This document shows positions 19,032-28,926 of a stretch of 64,000 nt of DNA, in pieces. A program made the position numbers and the translations under genes. Under the pieces are notes generated by a model. The model did not search any database, had not been told where the DNA came from, and was given only the letters and a program-made list of their open reading frames with translations. Where the stretch lies: positions 21,566 to 85,565 of the forward strand of contig JAJBUA010000028.1 in the NCBI GenBank assembly GCA_020860565.1, given 5' to 3'. This stretch comes from Clostridiales bacterium (GTDB lineage: Bacteria > Bacillota > Clostridia > Lachnospirales > Lachnospiraceae). Each line of letters opens with the position of its first letter. The first letter of the stretch is position 1.

Positions 19032-19235
19032 ATGAAAAAAAGAGAGTATTCGGAAGAGTACCGCAGGCTCCGCACACAGATCAACCGGACTCGCAGCGAA
19101 CTGGAAGCTGTCGAAAACCATTTTGGGCAGGCTACCGATCCGGTATTGATCGACTGTTACATTTATGAGCGCAAGGCAATCCATCTCCGATATCAGTTTC
19201 TGCTCCGCCAGTTCAAGCATCTGGAAAACACGTAG
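19032..19235 (+). CDS. YaaL-like protein (DUF2508)
   Basis: 67 aa with the pattern DPVLIDCYIYERKAIHLRYQFLLRQFK, typical of the family. Confidence 0.7.
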   Translation: MKKREYSEEYRRLRTQINRTRSELEAVENHFGQATDPVLIDCYIYERKAIHLRYQFLLRQFKHLENT

Positions 19236-19333
19236 CTATTGATGGATGGTTCCATCATTCCAACCAGAACGAAAAACCAAATTTCAATCTACCAGGCAAC
19301 ATCGATTGCCTTAAAACCAGGGAGGTTCCTATT

Positions 19334-21253
19334 ATGGCTGTAAGAAAGAAAAAACCGAAGGATCTTGGCGTAATCAGTGACGTTGACCGCTATCTCTTCG
19401 GCAATGGGACACACTACGAAATCTACGAAAAACTCGGCGCCCATCCAATGACGATCAAGGGGAAAAAAGGTATTTATTTTGCCGTCTGGGCGCCTCACGC
19501 CCAGGCTGTAAGTGTTGTCGGTGATTTCAATAACTGGGATGCCAAAGCGACTCCGATGACCGTACTCGACACCTCCGGAATCTATGAGGCGTTTGTACCG
19601 GATCTGGGTGTCGGCGCGCTTTACAAATACTCCATCAAGGCGGCAGACGGCCGGGAATTTCTCAAATCCGACCCTTACGCCCAATACGCGGAATTCCGGC
19701 CAGGCACCGCATCGATCGTCTATGATACCTCCGGTTTTGTATGGAGCGACGATACATGGATGACCAAACGTCCGACCATCAATCCGCGTGAGGCCGCTAT
19801 GAGCATCTATGAAGTCCATCTCGGCTCCTGGCGCAAGCATGACACTGAAGAAAGAGCCGGCTATTATACCTACAAAGAAGCTGCAAAAGAACTTGCTGAT
19901 TATGTGAAAAAGATGGGCTATACGCATGTCGAGCTGATGGGCATTGCCGAGCATCCGTTCGACGGTTCGTGGGGATATCAGGTAACCGGCTATTACGCGC
20001 CGACCTCACGATACGGCAAGCCGGACGAATTTATGTATTTCGTCAACTACTTACATAAAAAGGGCATCGGCGTCATCCTTGACTGGGTACCTGCGCACTT
20101 CCCGCGGGACGCGCACGGACTTGCCGACTTTGACGGACAGCCACTCTATGAATACGCAGATTCCCGCAAGGGCGAGCATCCGGACTGGGGCACCAAGGTC
20201 TTCGACTATGAGAAGCATGAAGTCAGCAACTTCCTGATCGCCAACGCTCTCTACTGGATCAAGAAATTCCATGTCGACGGCCTGCGCGTAGACGCCGTCG
20301 CTTCCATGCTCTACCTTGATTACGGCCGCAAGGACGGCCAGTGGGTCGCCAACAAATACGGCGGAAACCAGAACCTGGAAGCCATCGAATTCTTCAAGCA
20401 TCTCAACAGCTCCATCCGTGACCGCGGAAACGGCGCGATGATTATCGCGGAGGAATCTACCGCCTGGCCGAAAGTGACTCATGATCCTGCGGAGGACGGT
20501 CTCGGATTTACTTTCAAGTGGAATATGGGCTGGATGCATGACTTCCTTGAATATATGAAGCTGGATCCCTATTTCCGCAAATATAACCACAACAAGATGA
20601 CCTTCGGTCTCACCTACTTTAACAGTGAAAACTTTATCCTGGTGCTCTCTCACGATGAGGTCGTCCATCTGAAATGTTCCATGCTCAACAAGATGCCGGG
20701 ATATTTCTCAGACAAATTTGACAACCTCAAGGTTGGCTACACCTATATGATCGGCCATCCGGGCAAAAAACTGCTCTTTATGGGACAGGATTTCGGCCAG
20801 CTGCATGAGTGGGATGAAAAGGTCAGCCTCGACTGGTATCTGACCGAAGAGCCGCTGCACCAGGGTCTGCAGGACTATGTCCGCGACCTGCTGCATGTCT
20901 ATAAAAAATATCCTTCCCTCTGGGAAGCAGATGACGACTGGAACGGATTTAACTGGATCAATGCCAACGACGGCGACCGCAGCATCTTCAGCTTTGTCCG
21001 CTACGCAAGGAACCACAAACAGAGCCTTATCTTTGTCTGCAACTTCACTCCGATCGCGCGCGACGATTACCGCGTGGGCGTACCGAAGAAGGGCAGTTAC
21101 ACTCTGATTCTGGACAACAAGCAGGGTCTCTACAAAGCCCCGAACAAGGCTCCGATCCTCAAAGCTGTCAAGCAGGAATGTGACGGGCAGCCTTACTCTA
21201 TAGCGCTCCCGCTGTCTGCTTACGGCACCGCGATCCTGCGTTTTAACGGCTAA
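19334..21253 (+). CDS. glgB: 1,4-alpha-glucan branching enzyme
   Basis: GH13 motifs DWVPAHF, GLRVDAVASMLY, IAEESTAWP and LSHDEVVH. An N-terminal CBM48-like region is present; 639 aa. Confidence 0.95.
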   Translation: MAVRKKKPKDLGVISDVDRYLFGNGTHYEIYEKLGAHPMTIKGKKGIYFAVWAPHAQAVSVVGDFNNWDAKATPMTVLDTSGIYEAFVPDLGVGALYKYSIKAADGREFLKSDPYAQYAEFRPGTASIVYDTSGFVWSDDTWMTKRPTINPREAAMSIYEVHLGSWRKHDTEERAGYYTYKEAAKELADYVKKMGYTHVELMGIAEHPFDGSWGYQVTGYYAPTSRYGKPDEFMYFVNYLHKKGIGVILDWVPAHFPRDAHGLADFDGQPLYEYADSRKGEHPDWGTKVFDYEKHEVSNFLIANALYWIKKFHVDGLRVDAVASMLYLDYGRKDGQWVANKYGGNQNLEAIEFFKHLNSSIRDRGNGAMIIAEESTAWPKVTHDPAEDGLGFTFKWNMGWMHDFLEYMKLDPYFRKYNHNKMTFGLTYFNSENFILVLSHDEVVHLKCSMLNKMPGYFSDKFDNLKVGYTYMIGHPGKKLLFMGQDFGQLHEWDEKVSLDWYLTEEPLHQGLQDYVRDLLHVYKKYPSLWEADDDWNGFNWINANDGDRSIFSFVRYARNHKQSLIFVCNFTPIARDDYRVGVPKKGSYTLILDNKQGLYKAPNKAPILKAVKQECDGQPYSIALPLSAYGTAILRFNG

Positions 21254-21300
21254 AAGCAGTCCCTGCCTTCCAAAATTCATAAATCATTCATAAATGATTA

Positions 21301-21334
21301 AACGCCTTGCTGATTGCGGCAGGGCGTTTTTTGA
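21301..21334 (+). terminator. Intrinsic terminator after glgB
   Basis: AACGCCTTGC, an 8-nt loop, then GCAGGGCGTT (10 bp, one G-U), followed by TTTTTT. Confidence 0.8.
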
Positions 21335-21371
21335 TGTATACTAAATTTATCGATTGTAAAGGAGATTATTT

Positions 21372-22067
21372 ATGCAGACAATTCTGGTATGCGATGACGA
21401 TAAAGAAATTGTAGATGCCATTGACATCTATCTGACCGGAGAGGGTTTCCGTGTCCTGAAAGCCTACGATGGCTATGAGGCGCTGGACATCCTCGAAAAA
21501 GAATCCGCCGACCTGATGATCGTTGACGTGATGATGCCTTCCCTGGACGGCATCCGCACCACGTTAAAGGTCCGCGAGACCAGCAGTATCCCGATCATCA
21601 TCCTTTCCGCCAAATCAGAAGACACCGACAAGATTCTGGGTCTTAATATCGGAGCGGATGATTACCTGTCCAAACCGTTTAACCCACTCGAACTGGTCGC
21701 CCGCGTCAAATCCCAGCTGCGCCGCTACACCCAGCTCGGCAACATGAACCAGCAAACCAGCGATCAGGTTTTTAAATGCGGCGGCCTGTCCATCAATGAC
21801 GATACCAAGGAGGTCTTTGTGGATGATGAGCTCGTCCGGCTGACCCCGATCGAGTACAATATACTCCTCCTTCTGGTTAAAAACGCAGGTAAAGTGTTCT
21901 CTATTGATGAGATCTACAAACAGATCTGGAATGAAGAAGCCATCGGCGCGGATAATACCGTTGCCGTCCATATCCGCCACATCCGGGAAAAAATTGAAAT
22001 CAACCCCCGTGAACCGCGCTATCTCAAGGTTGTCTGGGGTGTCGGCTATAAGATCGAAAAACAGTAA
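21372..22067 (+). CDS. OmpR-family response regulator
   Basis: ILVCDDD, MIVDVMMPSLDG, IIILSAKS; winged helix VVWGVGYKIEK. Confidence 0.95.
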   Translation: MQTILVCDDDKEIVDAIDIYLTGEGFRVLKAYDGYEALDILEKESADLMIVDVMMPSLDGIRTTLKVRETSSIPIIILSAKSEDTDKILGLNIGADDYLSKPFNPLELVARVKSQLRRYTQLGNMNQQTSDQVFKCGGLSINDDTKEVFVDDELVRLTPIEYNILLLLVKNAGKVFSIDEIYKQIWNEEAIGADNTVAVHIRHIREKIEINPREPRYLKVVWGVGYKIEKQ

Positions 22068-22104
22068 CCCGTGCAACCGAAAAGGGAGATGACAAAAAGA
22101 GCTT

Positions 22105-24399
22105 ATGTTAAAAGATTATTCTTTCCGCGCAAAAAAAACAATCCTGATATTACTGCATCTGCTTTTTCTGACTCTGGCCGTGGCCGGCCTCGGCATCATC
22201 CATATGAATTCCATCAGAGGTTCCGGCATCATGGCCACCCTGAAGGAGGATTTTGAAGACTCTGCCGAATTTCAGGAAATGTTTCAGACTAATCTGGACG
22301 AAGTCTTCCAGTATGTTTCCTATCGGGACGTATTTGAAACTGATGGATATCTGGATCTCTCCAAGGAAATGTTCTCGGTCTCCCGCGGCGGCAGCCCTGA
22401 GATTATCTATACCCTGGAAGAGGTTCTTCGCTATGCCAAAAGCCAGGGCTTTTACCTGAATGATAACTTTGAGATTGTCAATGACCTCTATCTGTACGAC
22501 AATGCCTCCACTGCAACTGACCAGATCGTCAACTGGCGTGCCTATCCGACTGATCACCAGATCAGCGAGCCGGGCGATGCCTATGTCTCTCTGCTGGAAC
22601 TGTCGCGGGAGGTTCTGTCCTGTCTGAGCAGCTATTACAAGGTTTACTATCATATGATCGTAAATCCGTCAAACTTCTACTTCCAGGTCTTTTATATGGA
22701 CGAAGATGAGGAAATCATTTCCTACTCCAACTGCTATGACTATAATCCGGATGAGCTGCTTTCTATCGGACGTTACTGCTATTTTAACAGTGATACTGCC
22801 GTGGTGGATAATAATCTTCCCGCCACCCCGACCGGAGTCAGTCTCGCGATGGAAAACAACAATTTTTATGATACTCCGGATTACTATCTGATTGCCGCCG
22901 TCGATACCGACTATTACGAAGATGATATCTACGCCGCCAGCCGGGATCAGTTTAACCGCACCAAGGAACTTTTAAAAGACGGCCTGCTTGTACTCGCTGT
23001 CGGCATCATCGGCTGCCTGATCACACTCTTATCTATGGTCCGTCTGGCCGGCTGTCAGAGCAGTGATCCCGCCACCCCAACCCTGTACAGCTTCGATATG
23101 ATCACGACAGAAAGTTGTCTGGTTCTGACCTGCCTCTGCGCCTATTTCGCCCTGTTTTTAGGTGAAAAAGTCGGATTTCGGCTGATTCATCTCATTTTTA
23201 TAGAATCCAGCTGGCCCTTTATCGAAAAACTATGTCAGTCTGTCATCCTCTACGGTTGCTGCATGATCGGCGCTTTCAGCCTGCTCCGGCGTTATAAAGC
23301 CGGTCAGCTCTGGAAAAACAGCTCCATCCGCAGATTTAAAATCGGCCTGGAAGACTATTTCGCAGACTGCACATTCGCGTACCGTCTGTTCTGCCAGTAC
23401 ATTATCTTTTTAGTGGTACAATTCGCCGCTTTTACCGGTATTGCTGTCGCTCTTTATTTCCGGTCGGCACCTGCGGCAAAGATGATAGCCGTGGTTCTGC
23501 TTCTCGCGCTGATTGCCTTTGATTATCATATCTATCGATCACTGTTCCTTACCTCCGGTCAGGAAGACCGGATCGCCGACGCAATTAAAAAGATTGCCGG
23601 CGGCGATATCTCCTATCAGATGGATTTAAATGGTTTAAGCGGAAAGCAATTAAAAATCGCACAGCAAATCAACCAGATCGGCACCAGCCTGGAGCGTGCA
23701 CTGCAGGAACAGGTCAAGAGTGAACGGCTGAAAGCGGATCTGATCACCAATGTTTCCCACGACATCAAAACTCCGCTGACCTCGATCATCAATTATATTG
23801 ACCTGATCCGGCGGGAACACATTCCCAATGACCGCGTCCAGGAATATCTGACCGTACTCGAGCAGAAATCTCAGCGGCTCAAGACGCTGACCGAAGACCT
23901 CGTCGAGGCCTCCAAAGCCAGCTCCGGTAATCTGAAGATGGATATGGCGCGTTTAAATTTTGTGGAAATGATCTGGCAGACCAATGGAGAATTTGAAGAA
24001 AAATATGCCGAACGGCATCTCGAACTGATTTCCGCACTTCCGGAAAATGGGCTGACCATCGAGGCAGACGGACGACATCTCTGGCGTATTCTGGAAAATC
24101 TCTACAACAATGCCTATAAATACGCCATGGAAAACAGCCGCGTCTACACGGATGTCACCAGCGAAGACGGCATGGCCTGGTTTACGATTAAGAACGTTTC
24201 GGAACATCCGCTCAATATCAGTACCGACGAACTCACCGAGCGTTTTGTCCGCGGCGATGTTTCCCGTACCACCGAGGGCAGCGGACTCGGCCTTTCCATC
24301 GCACAGAGCCTGACGAAGCTGCAGGGCGGTACCTTTGAGATTATTATCGACGGAGATCTGTTTAAGGTATGCGTTGGGTTTCCGCTGCAGGAAGGATAA
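22105..24399 (+). CDS. Sensor histidine kinase with large N-terminal sensor and multi-TM region
   Basis: H-box VSHDIKTPLTSIINY, N-box LYNNAYKYA, G-box GSGLGLSIAQSL. About 270 aa of extracytoplasmic region follow TM1, then about 5 more TM segments. Confidence 0.9.
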   Translation: MLKDYSFRAKKTILILLHLLFLTLAVAGLGIIHMNSIRGSGIMATLKEDFEDSAEFQEMFQTNLDEVFQYVSYRDVFETDGYLDLSKEMFSVSRGGSPEIIYTLEEVLRYAKSQGFYLNDNFEIVNDLYLYDNASTATDQIVNWRAYPTDHQISEPGDAYVSLLELSREVLSCLSSYYKVYYHMIVNPSNFYFQVFYMDEDEEIISYSNCYDYNPDELLSIGRYCYFNSDTAVVDNNLPATPTGVSLAMENNNFYDTPDYYLIAAVDTDYYEDDIYAASRDQFNRTKELLKDGLLVLAVGIIGCLITLLSMVRLAGCQSSDPATPTLYSFDMITTESCLVLTCLCAYFALFLGEKVGFRLIHLIFIESSWPFIEKLCQSVILYGCCMIGAFSLLRRYKAGQLWKNSSIRRFKIGLEDYFADCTFAYRLFCQYIIFLVVQFAAFTGIAVALYFRSAPAAKMIAVVLLLALIAFDYHIYRSLFLTSGQEDRIADAIKKIAGGDISYQMDLNGLSGKQLKIAQQINQIGTSLERALQEQVKSERLKADLITNVSHDIKTPLTSIINYIDLIRREHIPNDRVQEYLTVLEQKSQRLKTLTEDLVEASKASSGNLKMDMARLNFVEMIWQTNGEFEEKYAERHLELISALPENGLTIEADGRHLWRILENLYNNAYKYAMENSRVYTDVTSEDGMAWFTIKNVSEHPLNISTDELTERFVRGDVSRTTEGSGLGLSIAQSLTKLQGGTFEIIIDGDLFKVCVGFPLQEG

Positions 24400-24432
24400 A
24401 TGCGTACGCAACGATTCTTCCCGGAAATGAAA

Positions 24433-24482
24433 CGGCAGCCATTCTGCCCGTAACCAATGGACAGGATGGCTGCTGTTCTTTT
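24433..24482 (+). terminator. Intrinsic terminator after the kinase gene
   Basis: A 17-bp imperfect stem, CGGCAGCCATTCTGCCC / GGACAGGATGGCTGCTG, followed by TTCTTTT. Confidence 0.65.
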
Positions 24483-24619
24483 ACCATAACTTATTGACAA
24501 TTAATTATATGATTGGCAAACTTTCCGGCTATGATTAAGAGATATCCGCAGACGGCATTTCTCCCTGCCGGAATTGCTTTACCAGTATATGTAACACCTC
24601 TAATTCACTTCTATCTTGC

Positions 24620-26239
24620 TTACCCGAATATCCTCCACCCTACGATGAAGTTTCTCGACCACCAGGAGCTTAACGACCGATGAACGACCTTGCCATTACC
24701 GGAAGATGCGTCAATCACGGTACCGCCGCCTGCGACAATTCCCACATGGCCGCTGACCACGATAATATCCCCGGCTTTCAGGTTGGAAAAGCTGCTTACT
24801 CTTGTGTATTTTCCTACATTTCTCCATCCGGAGGAAGTGATATAACTCTGCCGCACACCCACCTGATTCAGACACCAGTAAACAAATCCGGAGCAGTCAA
24901 AGCTGTTTGGCCCCTTCGCTCCCCATACATACGGACATCCCAGTTTGGAACTGGCTACCGCGATCAGAGCGCTCGCGCCTCCGCTCGCCGTGCCGGTATC
25001 CGGAATCGATGAGGAACCGCCGCTCGATCCGGAAGAAGAACCACCAGAAGAAGAGGAACTGCCTCCTGAGGAAGAACCGCCGCCCGAAGAAGAGCTGCTG
25101 CCCGAACTTCCCGCCGGCGCCCGCTTTGCGCTGCTGCTGTCCAGCTTTGCCATCGTCAGTACACCTACGATGCCATCCGCTCCCAGATTGTTGGTTCGCT
25201 GGAAAAGCTTCACCGCATTTTCGGTCACATCACCAAAATATCCTGTCGCGTTTGCGGAACTCAGATATCCCAGACTGCTCAGTTTCTTTTGCACGGAACG
25301 GATATCCTCTCCGCTGTCACCAAGCCCCAGACCGTTCGGCAGAGCAGTTGAACTGTTCAGCGCGATCCTCGTCGAGGGGCCCAGATAGCCGTCTACAACC
25401 TGATCGTTACGCGATTGAAAACGCTTAACCGCGCTGATCGTATCATCGCCATACTGCCCGTCCGGTTCCGTCGTCATATAGCCCAGCTCTTTCAGCCTTT
25501 TCTGTGCTTCCAGAACGACATCGCTCTGATCGCCGTACGCCAGCAGGTTCGCCTTTACCTCGTCGCTGTAGAGCAGGTTCATCGTCTTGCGCCCTACCTT
25601 GCCGTCCTGTTCAAGGCCATTTCTCTCCTGAAGCTTTTTCACGGCTTCTTCGGTCTCATCTCCGAAGGTTCCCGTCATCTGATTTTCCCGCGCCAGATAT
25701 CCCAGTTCATATAACCGGTTCTGGATCCGCAGAATATCATCGCCGATATCTCCGTTCTGGGCTGCGTAATACTTTGCGTCCGATGCAAAGATCTCTTTTA
25801 ACGTCTCCAGGCCGACGATGCCATCCTGGGCGAGCTTATTCTGCCGCTGATAAACCTTGACCGCGCTCTGCGTCACCTCGCCGTAATTCTCCGTTGGTTC
25901 ATCATTATCCATAAAACCCAGATCCATCAGACGCTGCTGCAGGCGCGCCACCACCGGGTGCTGCATCCCCACGCGAAGATAATCCGGGATCGGCTCACTG
26001 TACTCCGCCTCGATATCCTCTACGGACGGCAGCAGCGGCCCCTCCGGCGACAGAGCCATAACTGTCTCATCTGCCTGCGTCGAAGCCAGAGTTTCCTCCG
26101 CCAGCACGATCTCCTGCGTCTCGGTCTCAGGCTCCGTCTGCGCTGTCTCCTGCTCGCCGCACCCGGATAAAGACACTGCCAGCAACAGCGCAAGACAAAC
26201 TGCACTCCTCATTACCCAATGTTTCTTATGGAGTTCCAT
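24620..26239 (-). CDS. Secreted peptidoglycan hydrolase: PG-binding repeats + Ser/Gly linker + NlpC/P60 domain
   Basis: Lipoprotein-like signal (LLAVSLSGCG). Four PG_binding_1-like repeats (LQQRLMDLGF, IQNRLYELGY, AQKRLKELGY, VQKKLSSLGY). Ser/Gly tract encoded at about 25007-25114. C40 motifs DCSGFVYW and GHVGIV. Confidence 0.9.
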   Translation of the reverse strand: MELHKKHWVMRSAVCLALLLAVSLSGCGEQETAQTEPETETQEIVLAEETLASTQADETVMALSPEGPLLPSVEDIEAEYSEPIPDYLRVGMQHPVVARLQQRLMDLGFMDNDEPTENYGEVTQSAVKVYQRQNKLAQDGIVGLETLKEIFASDAKYYAAQNGDIGDDILRIQNRLYELGYLARENQMTGTFGDETEEAVKKLQERNGLEQDGKVGRKTMNLLYSDEVKANLLAYGDQSDVVLEAQKRLKELGYMTTEPDGQYGDDTISAVKRFQSRNDQVVDGYLGPSTRIALNSSTALPNGLGLGDSGEDIRSVQKKLSSLGYLSSANATGYFGDVTENAVKLFQRTNNLGADGIVGVLTMAKLDSSSAKRAPAGSSGSSSSSGGGSSSGGSSSSSGGSSSGSSGGSSSIPDTGTASGGASALIAVASSKLGCPYVWGAKGPNSFDCSGFVYWCLNQVGVRQSYITSSGWRNVGKYTRVSSFSNLKAGDIIVVSGHVGIVAGGGTVIDASSGNGKVVHRSLSSWWSRNFIVGWRIFG

Positions 26240-26485
26240 TCAGGTTTTCTCCTCTCTTCCCATGTGAAATGATCTCTTTTCCATGATCCGGAACACCGGA
26301 TTCCAAATTTTATCATTTTCAGAAAAGCCTGTTTTTCCTGTTCAGAAAACCAGTATATTTCATTTTAACAAAAGACCGGAATATTTACAAGATTCCGGCA
26401 GTTATATTTCATTGTTTTTTCAATATTATAGACAAAAAAAAGTCCCGTCCCAACAGTTCCAAGACTGTCAAAACAAGACCTTTCG

Positions 26486-26558
26486 TGCGCCCTCAGGGAC
26501 TCGAACCCTGGACAAATAGATTAAGAGTCTACTGCTCTACCAACTGAGCTAAGGGCGC
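26486..26558 (-). tRNA. tRNA-Lys (anticodon CUU)
   Basis: Folded by hand into a 73-nt cloverleaf: acceptor GCGCCCT/AGGGCGC, D arm GCTC-AGTTGGTA-GAGC, anticodon arm GTAGA-CTCTTAA-TCTAT, variable TTGTC, T arm CAGGG-TTCGAGT-CCCTG, discriminator A. CCA is not encoded. Confidence 0.9.
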
Positions 26559-26597
26559 ATCTTCTGTGTTGCTGACTGTTTCTCAGCAACGTAATAT

Positions 26598-26626
26598 ATA
26601 ATATCGCATGTTCCGGAAAAAGTCAA
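26598..26626 (-). promoter_or_regulatory. Sigma-A-like promoter for tRNA-Lys
   Basis: The minus strand reads TTGACT, a 17-nt spacer, then TATTAT, about 35 nt upstream of the mature tRNA 5' end. Confidence 0.5.
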
Positions 26627-26710
26627 GACCCGACCTGTAAATTTTTACCTCCGCTTAACCTGCTTTTTTAGGCATTTTTTCCGACGCGCCCTGAATTTTA
26701 TCGATGATGA

Positions 26711-27028
26711 TTATACCGTTGCCTGAAGCATCGCTTCTACTTCTTCCGGATCCTGCAGCCCAACCAGTCGTCCGACCGGCTCCCCGCCCTGATACAGAAT
26801 CAGCGTCGGAATGCTCATAACCCGGTAATTCTGCGCGATACCCATATTTTCATCAATATTCAGCTTGCCAACCGTAACCTTGTCGGCATATTTTTCCGCT
26901 ATCTCCGCCACAACCGGTGCCATCATCTTACACGGTCCGCACCAGTCCGCGTAAAAATCCACCAGCACCGGCTTAACTGACTGCAGCACTTCCTTCTCAA
27001 AATTTTCTGCTGTAAAAATCTTTTCCAT
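26711..27028 (-). CDS. trxA: Thioredoxin
   Basis: Active site WCGPCK; 105 aa. Confidence 0.95.
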   Translation of the reverse strand: MEKIFTAENFEKEVLQSVKPVLVDFYADWCGPCKMMAPVVAEIAEKYADKVTVGKLNIDENMGIAQNYRVMSIPTLILYQGGEPVGRLVGLQDPEEVEAMLQATV

Positions 27029-27184
27029 TTTAATGTCTCCTTTCCCTTCACGTATCTGTTGCTCTGTGAATCTTATTTCATTTCCTTCTCAGCTTCTTTT
27101 CGACTTCACGAAAACATTTCCTTAAATGCAGAATCCGGCGGTTAAGCCCTGTCTGATCAGCGGTCGCGCTTCTCAGGTTACGAA

Positions 27185-27880
27185 TCACTTTTTCTCCGAA
27201 GCCCATAATCTATCCTGCAATCCTTTTTCATTAGTATATGCAGATTTGCGGCTGGCTATCAGCTTGCAGATCGAATTTCCCATCTCGCTGAATTTCGTTT
27301 CGTATTCTGTCATAACGTTTCCAACCGCCATATCGCTGTGATGCAGATCGCGTGTCCAGGCGTCGATCTGCCACCCTGCCGCCGGGATAGATTCCAGAGA
27401 ATAGGCGAAAAGGCCCTGATTATCCGTCTTAAACTCCACAACGCCTTCTTCTGCCAGAATCTGATCATACACCTTCACAAAATCCGGCGACGTCAGACGC
27501 CGCTTCGCGTGGCGATCCTTCGGCCAGGGATCCGAAAAATTGAGATAAATCCTCGCAACCTCCCCCGGAGCGAATATTTCTCCCAGCTGTGCCGCATCCA
27601 CACACACAAAGAACAGATTGTCAAGCTCCATCTCCTCCCGTTTTTGCAACGCACGCAAAAGGACGCTCGGATAACGCTCAATCCCGATATAATTGATCTC
27701 CGGATGCAGACCGGCCAGCTCCATGATAAATTTTCCTTTTCCCATCCCGATCTCAATCTCAAGCGGATGGTTATTTCCAAAAAACTCATCAAACCTGCCG
27801 CGGTAATCCTGCGGCTGTGCGATCACATACGGACTGTCCGCAACCGCTTCCTCCGAACCCGGAATATGACGTAATCTCAT
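27185..27880 (-). CDS. trmB: tRNA (guanine46-N7)-methyltransferase
   Basis: MRLRHIPG start, EIGMGKGKF SAM motif, FSDPWPKDRHAKRRL. I place the start at the internal Met (27880), preceded by GGAGG; the track ORF extends to 27913. Confidence 0.9.
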   Translation of the reverse strand: MRLRHIPGSEEAVADSPYVIAQPQDYRGRFDEFFGNNHPLEIEIGMGKGKFIMELAGLHPEINYIGIERYPSVLLRALQKREEMELDNLFFVCVDAAQLGEIFAPGEVARIYLNFSDPWPKDRHAKRRLTSPDFVKVYDQILAEEGVVEFKTDNQGLFAYSLESIPAAGWQIDAWTRDLHHSDMAVGNVMTEYETKFSEMGNSICKLIASRKSAYTNEKGLQDRLWASEKK

Positions 27881-28053
27881 GATGCGATATCCTCCAGCGT
27901 TTTCATCTGTCACGTCCTGATTTTACCAGACCTTCTTCCTCTTTGCAAGGAGAGATACGAAACACATTTTTCTCTTTCCACCGTTTTTTCGTGCACAATC
28001 TTCAAAAACGTAGTATAATCGAATCAACAAAACCGAAACACAAGGAGGACGCC

Positions 28054-28866
28054 ATGCCAACTCAGAATAAAGATACCAGCTGGGAACGGATTCAGTCCGG
28101 CGTAAAAGAAGCCGAGAAGCTGATCACCCAGCGCGATTACAACAGCGCCCTGATTAAATGCCGTCAGACTCTGGAATTTATGGTAAAGCAGCTTGCCGCC
28201 CGCGCCCACATTCAGGAAGACGGCGATCTGAAATCCATGATTGATGAGCTTTATCAAAACCGCTGGATCAGCAAAACGACCTGTGAGCACTACCACACGA
28301 TCCGTATGGCCGGCAATAAAGCAGTCCACGAGGGATATAATAACGCCTACGACGCGACACAGGCGCATCATATGCTGTCACAGGAAGTTTATTCCTTTTC
28401 CAATGATTACAGCAACGCCTTAAAGGGCGTTCGCTCACGGAAATCTTCTTCTGCAGGCAACTCGCGCAGCCGCAAACGTTCTTCCGGCAGGCAGCAGGAA
28501 CCGCTCGGAGCCGCAACCATCCTGAAGCTCCTGATTCCCATTTTGTGCGTGATTCTTCTGATCCTCATTATCCGCATGATCAAACCCGCACCGGATGCTG
28601 CGAACAGCACTCTGGCCCCGGCTCCAACCGAAACCTATGAGGAAACCCAGGCCGCCGAACCGGCTCCACAGGAAACCGCCGCCGTCTATAAGACGACAAC
28701 GGTATTAAATGTGCGCAGCGAGCCTTCTACTGACAGCACCGTCCTCGGCAAGCTGAGTTCCGGCGCGGTTGTCGAATATATCGAAAGTGCAGGCACCGAT
28801 TGGGCAAAGATCCTCTATAATGGGCAGGAAGCCTATGTCGCCAGCCAGTACCTGACAACCGAATAA
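28054..28866 (+). CDS. Membrane-anchored protein: DUF4145-like N-domain, one TM, C-terminal SH3b domain
   Basis: Start at 28054 after AAGGAGG (the track ORF starts at 27943). The N-domain has CRQTLEFMVKQL and IRMAGNKAVHEG, a DUF4145-like pattern. TM is ILKLLIPILCVILLILII. SH3_3-like region is VLNVRSEPSTDSTVLGKL...AKILYNGQEAYV. Confidence 0.7.
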   Translation: MPTQNKDTSWERIQSGVKEAEKLITQRDYNSALIKCRQTLEFMVKQLAARAHIQEDGDLKSMIDELYQNRWISKTTCEHYHTIRMAGNKAVHEGYNNAYDATQAHHMLSQEVYSFSNDYSNALKGVRSRKSSSAGNSRSRKRSSGRQQEPLGAATILKLLIPILCVILLILIIRMIKPAPDAANSTLAPAPTETYEETQAAEPAPQETAAVYKTTTVLNVRSEPSTDSTVLGKLSSGAVVEYIESAGTDWAKILYNGQEAYVASQYLTTE

Positions 28867-28926
28867 TCGGGCGGAATCATCGTAAATAACAAACTCAATT
28901 CGTCAGGAAGCCTTTTCCGATAATCT

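Noticed and set aside
19289-21280. Three minus-strand ORFs (221, 205 and 190 aa) across the glgB region.
   Set aside because: They are antisense to a full-length glgB carrying all GH13 catalytic motifs. They are shadow ORFs.
25007-25114. Repetitive GGA/AGA/GAA-rich tract that could look like a tandem repeat or array.
   Set aside because: It is in frame within the NlpC/P60 gene and encodes a Ser/Gly linker (GSSGSSSSSGGGSSSGG...). It has no spacer-repeat periodicity, so it is not a CRISPR array or a non-coding satellite.
26240-26710. tRNA-Lys flank as a possible integration hotspot or genomic island boundary. This includes the 78-aa ORF at 26283-26519.
   Set aside because: I find no integrase, no direct repeat of the tRNA 3' end, and no phage or mobile genes on either side. 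The 78-aa ORF overlaps the tRNA and its terminator-like region and has no coding features.
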